IMG/VR virus record: IMGVR_UViG_3300047189_000056
Span: 541-64,540 of that record
Source of the DNA: a virus
Taxonomy: Duplodnaviria; Caudoviricetes
DNA: 64,000 nucleotides
Direction: 5' to 3' (one strand)
Made by a program: the position numbers and the translations under genes. Of the stretch, positions 39,573 through 49,423 are shown one piece after another; the first letter of the stretch is position 1; each line of letters begins with the position of its first letter. The notes under the pieces were generated by a model, which had not been told where the DNA came from, did not search any database, and saw nothing but the letters and a program-made list of their open reading frames with translations.

Positions 39573-39710
39573 ATGGCAAGAAAAAAGATGATCATCCCCG
39601 AAGACATGCCGAAAGTAACGCCGGCAAAGAGGAAGGCAAAACGAGTTAAGAACTTCATGAAGGTTGGGAGAAAGAAGGGTCTGAAAGTTGCGATCGCTCC
39701 GGAGGGTTAG
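39573..39710 (+). CDS. 45-aa basic peptide
   Basis: SD AAGGAGG; MARKKMIIPEDMPKVTPAKRKAKRVKNFMKVGRKKGLKVAIAPEG. Confidence 0.65.
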   Translation: MARKKMIIPEDMPKVTPAKRKAKRVKNFMKVGRKKGLKVAIAPEG

Positions 39711-39713
39711 GCA

Positions 39714-40565
39714 ATGATGACTCGCTCTGAAATCATTGCGGAGGCACGGTTTCGGGCAGGCAGAAAAGGTCAGGCAATTTCTCTTAATAATGCCTTTGAT
39801 TTTATCACTCGCAAGATCACTGTTGATTACCCTGTCCTCCGGAACATCTGCCGTCCCCTTACCACAGTAGCAAGTCAATCATGGGTGGTTCTTCCTTCCG
39901 ACTACCGTTCCTGGGAACAGTTTTTTTATTCCACCTATGAATTAGGTTGGATTGAGCCAGAGGAATATTTTCGAAGTCTAAGGATCTTTACGGATACTGC
40001 CTCAACTCCACAGGAATTCACTATTGCCGAGGATGAGAGTCGGATCTATCTTTGGAATAAGCCGAATGCAGCCAGCGCCTGCTATTTCTATTATTCCGCC
40101 GTTCACCCAAAGGTAGACAAAAGTCATGCTTTTACATCCGGTGGAACTTATGAGATCAAGGTTGGTGATACGGTTACTGGTGAAACTGGTGCGGCAACGA
40201 TGTTGGTTAAATTCGTCAGGGTGACGAGTGGTTCATGGGCCGGCGGAGATGCTGTTGGATGGCTCCTCGGGACAGTTAGCGGAACATTTCAATCCGAGAC
40301 TTTAAAGGTCGGAACCGATCTTAACGTCGCCACAATTTCTGGAGATGCAACCACAGCCGATAATTTTCAGCATTTCCTCGGAGAGAAGTTTGATGAGGTA
40401 ATTATTGAAGGGGTGACTTGGAAATGTTTGGAATATATCTCTGATAAAAATCCTACTGAGAAAGCATTGATGAAATCAAAGGAATCGGATTTTAAGGAAC
40501 TTCTGTCAACCATGGCAGCCATAAAGGGAAGGAGAAATGTTAGAACAGTTTACAGGGGGTATTAA
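39714..40565 (+). CDS. Head-tail adaptor protein with inserted beta domain
   Basis: MT..EII...R, LPSDY, TP..F.I...IYL...P pattern; position. Confidence 0.7.
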   Translation: MMTRSEIIAEARFRAGRKGQAISLNNAFDFITRKITVDYPVLRNICRPLTTVASQSWVVLPSDYRSWEQFFYSTYELGWIEPEEYFRSLRIFTDTASTPQEFTIAEDESRIYLWNKPNAASACYFYYSAVHPKVDKSHAFTSGGTYEIKVGDTVTGETGAATMLVKFVRVTSGSWAGGDAVGWLLGTVSGTFQSETLKVGTDLNVATISGDATTADNFQHFLGEKFDEVIIEGVTWKCLEYISDKNPTEKALMKSKESDFKELLSTMAAIKGRRNVRTVYRGY

Positions 40566-43500
40566 GTGGGTAAAAAGTGGGAGAAAGTTATTACCTTCGA
40601 TAAGTCGAGCCTTAAAAGTGGCTTTGATGGGGCAGACATTGGCGACCATGAACTTCAGTGGGCAAGGGACGTAATATTCGATAATAAGGTTCTTGAATCT
40701 GCACCTGGAAGGTCTATTATTGGAACTGAGATTTTGGGTGGGTATCCTGTAGATGGAGTATGTCGTTCATGGGATAAACTTGGAAACAAGACATTCATTC
40801 GGGCTCTCAATGGTGTTATTGAGCGATGGTCAGGAACTGCATGGGTGAATGTTCTCAGTGGATTGAAAGCTGATGTTCCATATGACTTCTTGAACGTCAA
40901 TGACAAAACAGCTATCGTTAATGGATATGATGATGCTCGTGAATTTGTCCCCTCAACGAATGGTATCAGGAAACTTGGTTTAGAGCCTCCTCGTTTCTTT
41001 AAAAAGATTGCATATTTTGAGGATGCCGAAGAAAGTCTTTGGTCGTTGGGAGCCGATGCTGCTTTTGATTCATTGGTTTATAGAATTGAGGAAATATCGG
41101 GTACATCAAAACAATCCCTCGGCCTTGAGGCTCCATCAACCCTTTCAAGAACTTCGACTTTAACTTATACTACCGCACAGGATTTTTCTCTATTCAGTAA
41201 CGGAATTTCTATCTCTAATGATGCCTTTTTCTGTATCTCTATTCTTCATCGAACAAGAGCGTACGTAGATTCTATTGTAATCACATTCACAACATCAACT
41301 GGGAACACTTATACGCTTACCATTGATGGTGAAGAACTCGATCCTATTGATGAGAGGGATAATGTATGGACGATCATTCTGGCGAAGAAAGCCAGGTTTG
41401 TTGCAACGGGGACTCCAAGTTGGGCAACCATCACCTCGTTTTCTATCACCCTCACTGGTCAAACGGGAACTGCTCAAGTTTTCATGGACAACTGCTATTG
41501 GAAGAATCCACCCATGGAGGCCACTGCTTATAAGAAACAAATTGATAACTTTGAGGGTCTTCCAAGTGGTTGGACGGTAACTAATGGTACATTGAGTGAT
41601 GATCCAGATCCTGACCATCGGGTAGAAGGTTCGAAATCCTTAACGGTTACCCGGTCTGCCAGTCCTACAACAATATCTAAAACCGTTGTTTTAGATCTTA
41701 GCCAATTTCCCGATGAAGTAGTTGCACAAGCAAGTGACCAGATTTGCCTATCCGTTTTAGTCCCAGCCACAACATATTTAACCAGTATTACTGTGAAACT
41801 TTACACGGATGATACACATTACTTTCATTATACCTTTACAGTTGCATCGGGAGAGATAAAAGCATCTGGTACCGAAGCATGGAATTATCTCCGCAAAGCG
41901 AAGGCTTCCTTTACCGACTTCGGAACTGCAAACTGGGCGGTGATTACAAAGATCGAGCTCAGTTATATTTCAACTGGTGCATTGTGGCTTGTTTTCGATA
42001 ACTGGTCTTTGGAGCCAGCTCAGGATATAAAGGTTCTTGCCACGATGGACTATGAAGATGAAGCATGGGTTTTTAGTGGTACTGATCATGGATATTCTAG
42101 TGATGAATCTAATAAGGTAGAGGGATCTTCGTCTGCGTGGATAGAATGTAGGGCTCGCCCTGGTACAAGTGGTTATGCTCAACTTACCCTTACTGCTCCG
42201 GTAGATTTAACTGCACTTGGTGCAGGGATTGTTTCTGGAGATACAGATGTCATTTCATTTTGGGTTACGATAAAACCTATGTCGGTTGGGTATTCTTCTT
42301 ACCCGACGATAGAAAATATTAGAGTAGAAATCGATTGTAATACTGGAGACTTCGCAACTGATTATTTTTGGTATGAACTTTCGCCATCAGCCATATTCGG
42401 TTTTATGACGTCAATTCAGGTGTTTTATCCTGAGTATGGAATATACCTGATGGATGGATATGGAAGGATAGAAATTAAGAAAGAAGACTTTACACGTGTT
42501 GGAATTACCGGTGGAAAGGGATGGTCAACCGTAAAAGCTTACCGTCTCTCAGCTAAGGCTATTAATGCTGGTTCAGACCTCGCACTTAAAGTATATTTTG
42601 ATGATCTGGTTATGAAAAGGATGGAAGCATTATTAAGTGGTATTTATCAATGGGCCTATATATTCCTTGCCTCTGATGGGACAAAATCAGGCTTATCAGA
42701 GTGGACCGAACAAGTTACCTTATCTGGTTCAAAAGCTATCCTTAATCTTATTTCTATCTCTGGGGATTCAGATGTAGTAGAAAAAAGATTTTACCGTAAA
42801 GGAGGTTCTTTGGGTTCGGATGCAAGAGTTGATTTCAGTGTTTTTGATAATGTAACCACAATATATTGTCCTGATACCTTGGATCATAATTTAGGTGAAC
42901 TCCTTGATGAGTCAGAAATTCCACCCGGTATAATCAGAGTTCCAATGGGAAGTAAGTGGGGTCCTAAATTTAAAGGGGAGTATATCCTTTATAGAGATCC
43001 ATCGAATCTAAGACGGGCTTACTATTCCCTTCCAGATAATATCTATGGTTGGTCTGAGTTGAGGGCTTACGACTTCGAATCCGACCTCCTTGATGTTTTT
43101 ATTGAGGATAATATACTTTTTTTCAATACTAAGAATGGGATCAAGTCTCTTTCAAAAGCTATGAGTGAGGCTACCCCTTCTGATTTCCATGAGACAGCGA
43201 TAATCAAACATTCCATGGGGCCGTTTGCTTCGTGTCAGGTTGATGAAGAAAGAGCTATCGTTTCTTATGAAGGAGTCTATATTTTTAACGGTGCATCGGT
43301 TCGATATATTTCTGATGATGTAAAAGACTATTTCGATCCAGCAACCTATACTATCCAAGATGCGATCGTTTTCTACCGAAAAAGGCATCTTTACATATCC
43401 GTTATGAGAACAGGTGGTCTTAGGAAATTTCTTGACTGCTATCTCAAGGTCGACGGAACAGTTGCATGGAGGACCAGTGATTACATTGTGAACTGTTTCT

Positions 43501-44132
43501 GTGTCGCTGAAGGGATAGGAGATAACAACGAAATCTATGTGGGTGACCGGCAAGGAAATGTTTACCAATTTGACAGCGGTTACGTCTCTGATTTTGAGGT
43601 TATTACCAGAGATTTTCCTGCCAATCCTATTGATCCATTTGAGGAAGTAATTCTTGCTGAAATTTATGTAATGGCTAGGAGTCTATCTATTAATCCTGGG
43701 GCGGTTCAGGTTCAGTTCCGTATAAATCAGAGGTTGGAGCCTTTGGTTACGAAATTATTCCCTGCGGTTGGTCATCTATCCTCTATTTATAGGCTCTACC
43801 ATGCCCAACTGAGGGGTATTGAGGATTATTTGAAAGGTCATAAAATAGGATTAGTTGTAACTCCATCTGTAGGTGATAAACACCAAGCTATTGAAGCTAT
43901 TAAGTTGGTTGGGGAAATAGCTCCACTTGAGGAAATCTATGAGATTGATCTTCTTGCCCTTCAATTAACAAGCAGTTTACCTTTTGAATTAACCGATGAC
44001 ACTCATTTATATCTGCCAGCCGAGAGTGAAATTGGAGAAAATAAAACCGAAGAAAGTGTAAAAGGATTTATTCTTTTAGAGACAGGAGATTGTGTTCTTC
44101 TTGAGACAGGATTTCGAATTTTTCTTGATTAG
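40566..44132 (+). CDS. Tail nozzle/tubular protein with inserted jelly-roll-like domains
   Basis: Follows adaptor; propeller-like N and C parts (YYS..D...W, GVYIFNG...ISD); three internal W..I repeats. Confidence 0.65.
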   Translation: MGKKWEKVITFDKSSLKSGFDGADIGDHELQWARDVIFDNKVLESAPGRSIIGTEILGGYPVDGVCRSWDKLGNKTFIRALNGVIERWSGTAWVNVLSGLKADVPYDFLNVNDKTAIVNGYDDAREFVPSTNGIRKLGLEPPRFFKKIAYFEDAEESLWSLGADAAFDSLVYRIEEISGTSKQSLGLEAPSTLSRTSTLTYTTAQDFSLFSNGISISNDAFFCISILHRTRAYVDSIVITFTTSTGNTYTLTIDGEELDPIDERDNVWTIILAKKARFVATGTPSWATITSFSITLTGQTGTAQVFMDNCYWKNPPMEATAYKKQIDNFEGLPSGWTVTNGTLSDDPDPDHRVEGSKSLTVTRSASPTTISKTVVLDLSQFPDEVVAQASDQICLSVLVPATTYLTSITVKLYTDDTHYFHYTFTVASGEIKASGTEAWNYLRKAKASFTDFGTANWAVITKIELSYISTGALWLVFDNWSLEPAQDIKVLATMDYEDEAWVFSGTDHGYSSDESNKVEGSSSAWIECRARPGTSGYAQLTLTAPVDLTALGAGIVSGDTDVISFWVTIKPMSVGYSSYPTIENIRVEIDCNTGDFATDYFWYELSPSAIFGFMTSIQVFYPEYGIYLMDGYGRIEIKKEDFTRVGITGGKGWSTVKAYRLSAKAINAGSDLALKVYFDDLVMKRMEALLSGIYQWAYIFLASDGTKSGLSEWTEQVTLSGSKAILNLISISGDSDVVEKRFYRKGGSLGSDARVDFSVFDNVTTIYCPDTLDHNLGELLDESEIPPGIIRVPMGSKWGPKFKGEYILYRDPSNLRRAYYSLPDNIYGWSELRAYDFESDLLDVFIEDNILFFNTKNGIKSLSKAMSEATPSDFHETAIIKHSMGPFASCQVDEERAIVSYEGVYIFNGASVRYISDDVKDYFDPATYTIQDAIVFYRKRHLYISVMRTGGLRKFLDCYLKVDGTVAWRTSDYIVNCFCVAEGIGDNNEIYVGDRQGNVYQFDSGYVSDFEVITRDFPANPIDPFEEVILAEIYVMARSLSINPGAVQVQFRINQRLEPLVTKLFPAVGHLSSIYRLYHAQLRGIEDYLKGHKIGLVVTPSVGDKHQAIEAIKLVGEIAPLEEIYEIDLLALQLTSSLPFELTDDTHLYLPAESEIGENKTEESVKGFILLETGDCVLLETGFRIFLD

Positions 44133-44141
44133 GAGGTTGCT

Positions 44142-44687
44142 ATGGCAGACTTAAAAATAACCGAATTGGCTGAAGATGTTGCACCAGATTCTGATGATCT
44201 ATTTGTTACCGTAAAGGATTCAGATGGAATAAATAGAAAAGTTAGCATTGGTAATCTTGTTGCTTCCATTCAAAATGGTGGGGTAAATGAAATCTCGGTT
44301 GCTGGTCTCTCAGGACTATTGGCGGATGACCAACACGTTTTGGATGCTGAAGTAAGGGCTGCTCAAGTTGGTTTTGGTGCCCCCGTAGCTAAGAGTATTG
44401 ATACTATCTATCAGGCAACCACTGATGGGATTTTAGTAGGTAGTGTAGAAGAGCCAAGTTTAGGCTATGGGTGCATGATGACGGTATACTCCGATGCAGC
44501 TACTCCTCCAACCACCAATCGAGGTGCCGTATTGGCGGAATACACTAATGCTACTTATACAAAATATGCTTCTATCTCAGTTCCTATACTGAAATCTGAT
44601 TATTATAAAGTAACAAAGGGTAATTTTGGACTAAATAATAGTGGTAATGAAGTATTTACTATATATTTTTATCCTTTAGGAAGTTAG
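44142..44687 (+). CDS. Short fibre/tip-like protein
   Basis: MADLKITEL...D...V...RKVSI.NL adaptor-type N-terminus. Confidence 0.55.
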   Translation: MADLKITELAEDVAPDSDDLFVTVKDSDGINRKVSIGNLVASIQNGGVNEISVAGLSGLLADDQHVLDAEVRAAQVGFGAPVAKSIDTIYQATTDGILVGSVEEPSLGYGCMMTVYSDAATPPTTNRGAVLAEYTNATYTKYASISVPILKSDYYKVTKGNFGLNNSGNEVFTIYFYPLGS

Positions 44688-44688
44688 A

Positions 44689-45336
44689 ATGACCTTAAAA
44701 ACAATTATTGTGATCTTAATTCTGGTAGGTTTACTGATTCCAAGCCAAGGACAAACCCTCGATTTGACAGTCAGAGGGCGGTGGAATTTCTTTAGCGATA
44801 ATTCACTGGAACAAGGAAAAGGAATTGAAACTAAAGTTGGACATAAATGGGCTTTTCTTTGGGGATCATATGATATGACCCAGATGCGTCTATATGGACA
44901 AAGAGCCGGGGACATAAATCTCTATGGAGTAGGAGGAGGAGTAAGAGTAAAATTGGCGGACTCCCTTTTCGTCAACGGGAAACTTGGATATTTTATTCCT
45001 TCCTCGACGATGGCCAATGATCCAAAGAAATTCAATGAGACATTGGGTTTTGTGATCGGGGGGTATATTGATGATATTGGTTATTCTCCTTCATCCAAGT
45101 CTTGGTACAGCACCTATGATTACCAACTTAAAGGGAATATTGGAGGATCTGTCGGGTTAGATTTTGTACACAAAATTTATAAGAAACTTTTCTTTACTTT
45201 TAATGGAGATTACAGATTTTTGAAACTGCCGGAAACATTTAAGGGAATCGGATCAGAGGAATCTTGGATAGAATTTAAGGGCCATAGAAATTTCAGTGGT
45301 GGAATTATTGGAATCGGACTTAAATATGAATTCTAA
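44689..45336 (+). CDS. Outer-membrane beta-barrel protein (moron-like)
   Basis: Signal peptide; alternating amphipathic strands; C-terminal IGLKYEF beta-signal. Confidence 0.75.
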   Translation: MTLKTIIVILILVGLLIPSQGQTLDLTVRGRWNFFSDNSLEQGKGIETKVGHKWAFLWGSYDMTQMRLYGQRAGDINLYGVGGGVRVKLADSLFVNGKLGYFIPSSTMANDPKKFNETLGFVIGGYIDDIGYSPSSKSWYSTYDYQLKGNIGGSVGLDFVHKIYKKLFFTFNGDYRFLKLPETFKGIGSEESWIEFKGHRNFSGGIIGIGLKYEF

Positions 45337-45384
45337 TAAACCTGTGAAGTAGTTACTTTGAACCGGATGAGATAGGAGGATATT

Positions 45385-45867
45385 ATGGGGAAACTTAGTG
45401 ATCAAACAGAAAAAACAAGTTTAGGTCAAACTGATTTTATATATCTTGTTCAGTCTCCTTATGGGTCTGGGGATGATAGAAAGGCTACTATAGCAAATTT
45501 AGGAAATGCTGTGGGAAGGTTTCAGGATAGAGGAGATGTCTCAGCCTATGATTGGTTGACAGCAAGTTTTACTAAGGACGATGCGTGGCATGATTTAGAT
45601 TGTTCATCCATTGTGCCAGATGGAGCAAAAGTTATCTCCTTTATTGTCTATGCACAGACAACTGCGGTTCCTAAGCTCTTTAAGATGAGAAAAAAGGGGA
45701 AAACGGGGACCGTCGTTATTGATTTTCAGATGTGGACGCAGGTAGTAGCGGGTGCAATTGCCCTAACCGCAAGAGTTCCATGCAGCACAGATAGGATAGT
45801 CCAATATTTTGCAAATGCCGCAACGTGGACTGTTCTATCACTCGTTATAAGTGGTTGGGAGTTTTGA
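45385..45867 (+). CDS. Short fibre/tip-like protein
   Basis: N-terminus similar to 44142 (RKATIANL); W.DLD.SSIVP.GA motif. Confidence 0.55.
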   Translation: MGKLSDQTEKTSLGQTDFIYLVQSPYGSGDDRKATIANLGNAVGRFQDRGDVSAYDWLTASFTKDDAWHDLDCSSIVPDGAKVISFIVYAQTTAVPKLFKMRKKGKTGTVVIDFQMWTQVVAGAIALTARVPCSTDRIVQYFANAATWTVLSLVISGWEF

Positions 45868-45868
45868 A

Positions 45869-47391
45869 ATGCCTCGTGAATCTATTCTCTCTGCTTTTGA
45901 CGAAAAGAATCTCCCTGGACTTCGCAATGAACTCCAGAGGTTATGGGATGCGGTTGAGCAGTTGCAGGCTGCACCTGAAATGCAATCCGGTGGTACTGTT
46001 CCTAAGACCGGTCTTTACAAACTCCATGAAGGAGAGACAGTTCTTCCCAAGGGAACCTCAATAGGAGACATCCATATTCATAGGGAAGATGATTTTATCA
46101 AGTATTTTTTGCTGATGGGAAGTTGATGGGAACTAACTACAGAGTATTAGGACAGGTAGCACTTGGGGCAACGACATTGACGGATATCTATCGATGTCCT
46201 AATTATACTGTGATCAGTTCCATTGTCGTCTGTAATCGGAAAAACGCAGCGGTTGTGGCAAGAATCTCTGTTGCGGTGGCTGGGGCGACGGATGATCCTA
46301 AACAGTATCTTATTTATGATACTTCTATTCCAGCAAATGATTCTCTACCTTGTGGTCAGGGGATAACACTTGGTCCGGGAGATGTGATAAGGGGATATGC
46401 GTCCTCAGCTGATATCTCCGTAAATGTTTTTGGTGGAGAAATTACATGATAACTCTTTTGGGAAATTTACGAATACAGAGTGAAATTGAACAAATCAAGG
46501 CAGATGTTAATCAGATTAAACCTATTTTGGAAGTACCACCAAATATGTATAGAGTTAGAAATATTTATGTTAACCCAATTACGGGTAAGTTTGTCGTAGA
46601 GTATGATGACAATAAATAGGAGGTTGTATGGCAATCCAAACGATGGTTTTAGATCCAGGTGCGGCAACTTATACCGATGATCAGATTGTCGGGAAGGTGA
46701 ATACAGCCACAGCACAGATCACAAGAGTGGGTAGTGTAGCGGCAACGGCCAGACCAATTGCCGCTCTTGAGGTTACTGATGCCATGATAGCGGCAGGTGC
46801 GATCAAAGCCAAACTCGGTGCCGAGGCAGATGGCGCCAAGTTGGTTTCCGCTTCGTTGGCTGCGGCAGCAGGAGTTACGAATGCCCAAGTTGCGACTGGT
46901 CAGGCTAAGGCAAATCTTGATGCTATGGCAGACACGGCAAGGGGTTATATTAAGACTTCTCCCACGACAGGACAATTTAAGGTCGTGTCAATGCAGAGAG
47001 ATGCAACTGGAAAACTTGCAGCCTCCTACGATGACGTGGCAGTTTAATGGCAGCTCAGACTGAACAGATTGCTCACCGTTCCCTTGTCGCTGCTGCTGCA
47101 ACTCCTGCAACAACGGGGGCAATGACGGTAAATATGGCAACCGCCAGTGTATTTACCATCACTCCCACGGGTGCATGTACCTTTAATGCCAGTGGTGGTT
47201 ATGCAGGCCAAACAGCAAGTTTCTCGATCTTAACGAGTGGAACAGTGAGTTACATTTTGACATTCGGTACAAACTTTAAGGTAACCGGAACCTTGGTCAC
47301 AGGGACAGTGACGGGTAAGTATTTCACGATTGACTTCATTTGTAGAAATGGAACCCTTTGGGTTGAAGCAGGTAGAACAGTAGGAATGTAA
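45869..47391 (+). CDS. Five small tail-region genes (45869-46126, 46123-46449, 46446-46619, 46628-47047, 47047-47391)
   Basis: Coupled ORFs; 46123 has VLGQ...Y.....SSI.VCN; 46446 and 46628 share a C-terminal TGK...YDD motif. Confidence 0.55.
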
Positions 47392-47410
47392 TATTAAAAG
47401 GAGGATTGCA

Positions 47411-48199
47411 ATGGCTTGGGCTGCAGCTACACCAACTACACTTGAAAGTTTATTAGCAGAAAGAGGTCTTAAGGCATTTCAAGGGAAAATTAACCCCTGG
47501 GATATGCCTATGTGGAAACCCACTATTGAGGGAATAAGAACTCAGGGGCAAAGAAGGCTTGAAGATTTGTATGGGGGATTTCGCAAGGCAGGGGTAACTG
47601 GACCCGCCGCGGGAACCTTACTTGAGAGATCCGAAGAGGCAACTGGTGGAAATACTTTGGACCTTGCCAATAGACTCCTTCAAGTACCGGAGACTTATAT
47701 AGGGCAAGGAGTCCAAGCAGAGGAAGCGGCTATAGGGAGGGGTGAAGCAGCACAGAAGTGGTTGGATGAGAAGATAATAATGAGGAAGCGAGCAAAAGAA
47801 GCTGAAGCTGCGGCAAAACAGTCATCGCAACAGGGTATGGGAATGAAGATGATGTCACCCTATGGCCAGGGAGGGGGTGGCGGTGGTGGTGGAGGATGTT
47901 GCTTTATATTTATAGAAGGACAACGGCTTACCGATAATGTAAGGAATTTAAGGGATTTCATGTTTCCGAAAGGTGGAACGGTAGAGATTGGTTATAGGAG
48001 AATTTCTCGGTGGCTAACTCCAAGAATGGCGAGAAATTGGTTTGTTAAGAAAGTTGTTCAAATAATAATGCTTGATCCTATCTGTTCAATTGCAGATCAT
48101 TTCTATGGGTATAATCATTATGGATGGATATTAAGACCGGTGGGGTATTTTTGGAAAGGAGTGTTTGAGAAATATGGCAAAGCCAAAGGTCTATATTGA
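47411..48199 (+). CDS. Putative ejection (pilot) protein with CFI-box-like C-terminal domain
   Basis: Gly/Ala-rich N-half; poly-G linker then CCFIF...VR..RD...GY. Confidence 0.55.
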   Translation: MAWAAATPTTLESLLAERGLKAFQGKINPWDMPMWKPTIEGIRTQGQRRLEDLYGGFRKAGVTGPAAGTLLERSEEATGGNTLDLANRLLQVPETYIGQGVQAEEAAIGRGEAAQKWLDEKIIMRKRAKEAEAAAKQSSQQGMGMKMMSPYGQGGGGGGGGGCCFIFIEGQRLTDNVRNLRDFMFPKGGTVEIGYRRISRWLTPRMARNWFVKKVVQIIMLDPICSIADHFYGYNHYGWILRPVGYFWKGVFEKYGKAKGLY

Positions 48200-48343
48200 T
48201 AAAGAGAATCAGTGCATAAGGATCAATTCGAATGAGCGAGATCCTGTTAATATAACGGAAGCCCACTCATTTCTTAAGGATTTTATTAGTATTATTTATG
48301 ACTATCATAAGCAATTCAAGGCTGAAATAGGAGACTATATAAA

Positions 48344-49423
48344 ATGAATGGTATGGGTGGTGAATTTGATACTTTAAGTCCTTTTGAGAAAGTATTTCAG
48401 ATTCTTACAACCATTGGAGGAAGGCCCGGAGCCTTAGGGGAACTCAAGGATGCAGAAACCGCAAGGAAACTCAGGCGGTTTCAACTTGAGGATCTCATGA
48501 GAACCAGAGAGGAGGGGGAACGGCCGGCATCCCTTCCTATTTTCACTCAAAAAGAAATGCCCTCTGCCGGACTTGAGCATCTTCCGTCAGGGGAACCTCC
48601 TTCTTATGATTTCCCAACTGCTTATAGAAAGGAAATGGGTGTTGAGCAGATCCCGATCCCTGGTTATAAAATGCGGGATATTGGGAAGGTTGACTTAGGA
48701 GATCTCTATAAAAGTTTTACTGGTCAGAAGAAATCTTATGCAATCAATAAAGAGGGTCAGACAATGACTTATACTCCCGGGGAGCCATTGCCTCCTGGAT
48801 ATACTCCGATAGAACATCAGTTTAAGGGAGAATCGGATGAAGCGATCCAACACGTTAGTAATCCATGGCAAGACGAGTCTGGAAACCTTTATGTCACTAA
48901 AACTTACAAGAGTGGTAGGACAGTTCACGAACCGGCGATGGTTCCTGGGATAACCCCAGAAGTACAACCTTCTGTGGCTCCCTCTATTGGTCAGCCCTCT
49001 CAACCGTCTTTAAAAGGAAGACAACTTAAAGGTAAACAGACCCCTAAACTTCCTCTTCACCGAGATTATGCCGATGAAAAAACCGGCATTACTTGGAGAC
49101 AGGAATACGAGGATGATGGGAAAACCAAGAAGGGGATTCCTTATAAAGTCAGAGTTCCTGCACCAAAGCAAACTAAGGCACAAATAGATGACCTTTTCCA
49201 ACGCTACAATATCCGTAGAATTGAAGCCCCTACCGATCCTGCACGTATAGAGATGATTAAGAATCTGAAGGAAACGTTTCCTGATATTGAAATTCCTCTT
49301 CATTTGCCAGACCTTACAAGGGAGGAGTTCGAGAAGTATATAAGTAGTGGTAAGATGCCGGAGAAACAGGCCGAGAAAAAGAATGTCATTAGGTATGATG
49401 TTAAAGGGAACAGGATACAATGA
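48344..49423 (+). CDS. Putative ejection protein
   Basis: Position; C-terminal IRYD..GNRI motif coupled to the next gene. Confidence 0.55.
   Translation: MNGMGGEFDTLSPFEKVFQILTTIGGRPGALGELKDAETARKLRRFQLEDLMRTREEGERPASLPIFTQKEMPSAGLEHLPSGEPPSYDFPTAYRKEMGVEQIPIPGYKMRDIGKVDLGDLYKSFTGQKKSYAINKEGQTMTYTPGEPLPPGYTPIEHQFKGESDEAIQHVSNPWQDESGNLYVTKTYKSGRTVHEPAMVPGITPEVQPSVAPSIGQPSQPSLKGRQLKGKQTPKLPLHRDYADEKTGITWRQEYEDDGKTKKGIPYKVRVPAPKQTKAQIDDLFQRYNIRRIEAPTDPARIEMIKNLKETFPDIEIPLHLPDLTREEFEKYISSGKMPEKQAEKKNVIRYDVKGNRIQ

Noticed and set aside
39248-39649. 133-aa ORF as a real overprinted gene
   Set aside because: No good SD, and it overlaps two ORFs with strong SDs; probably a shadow frame
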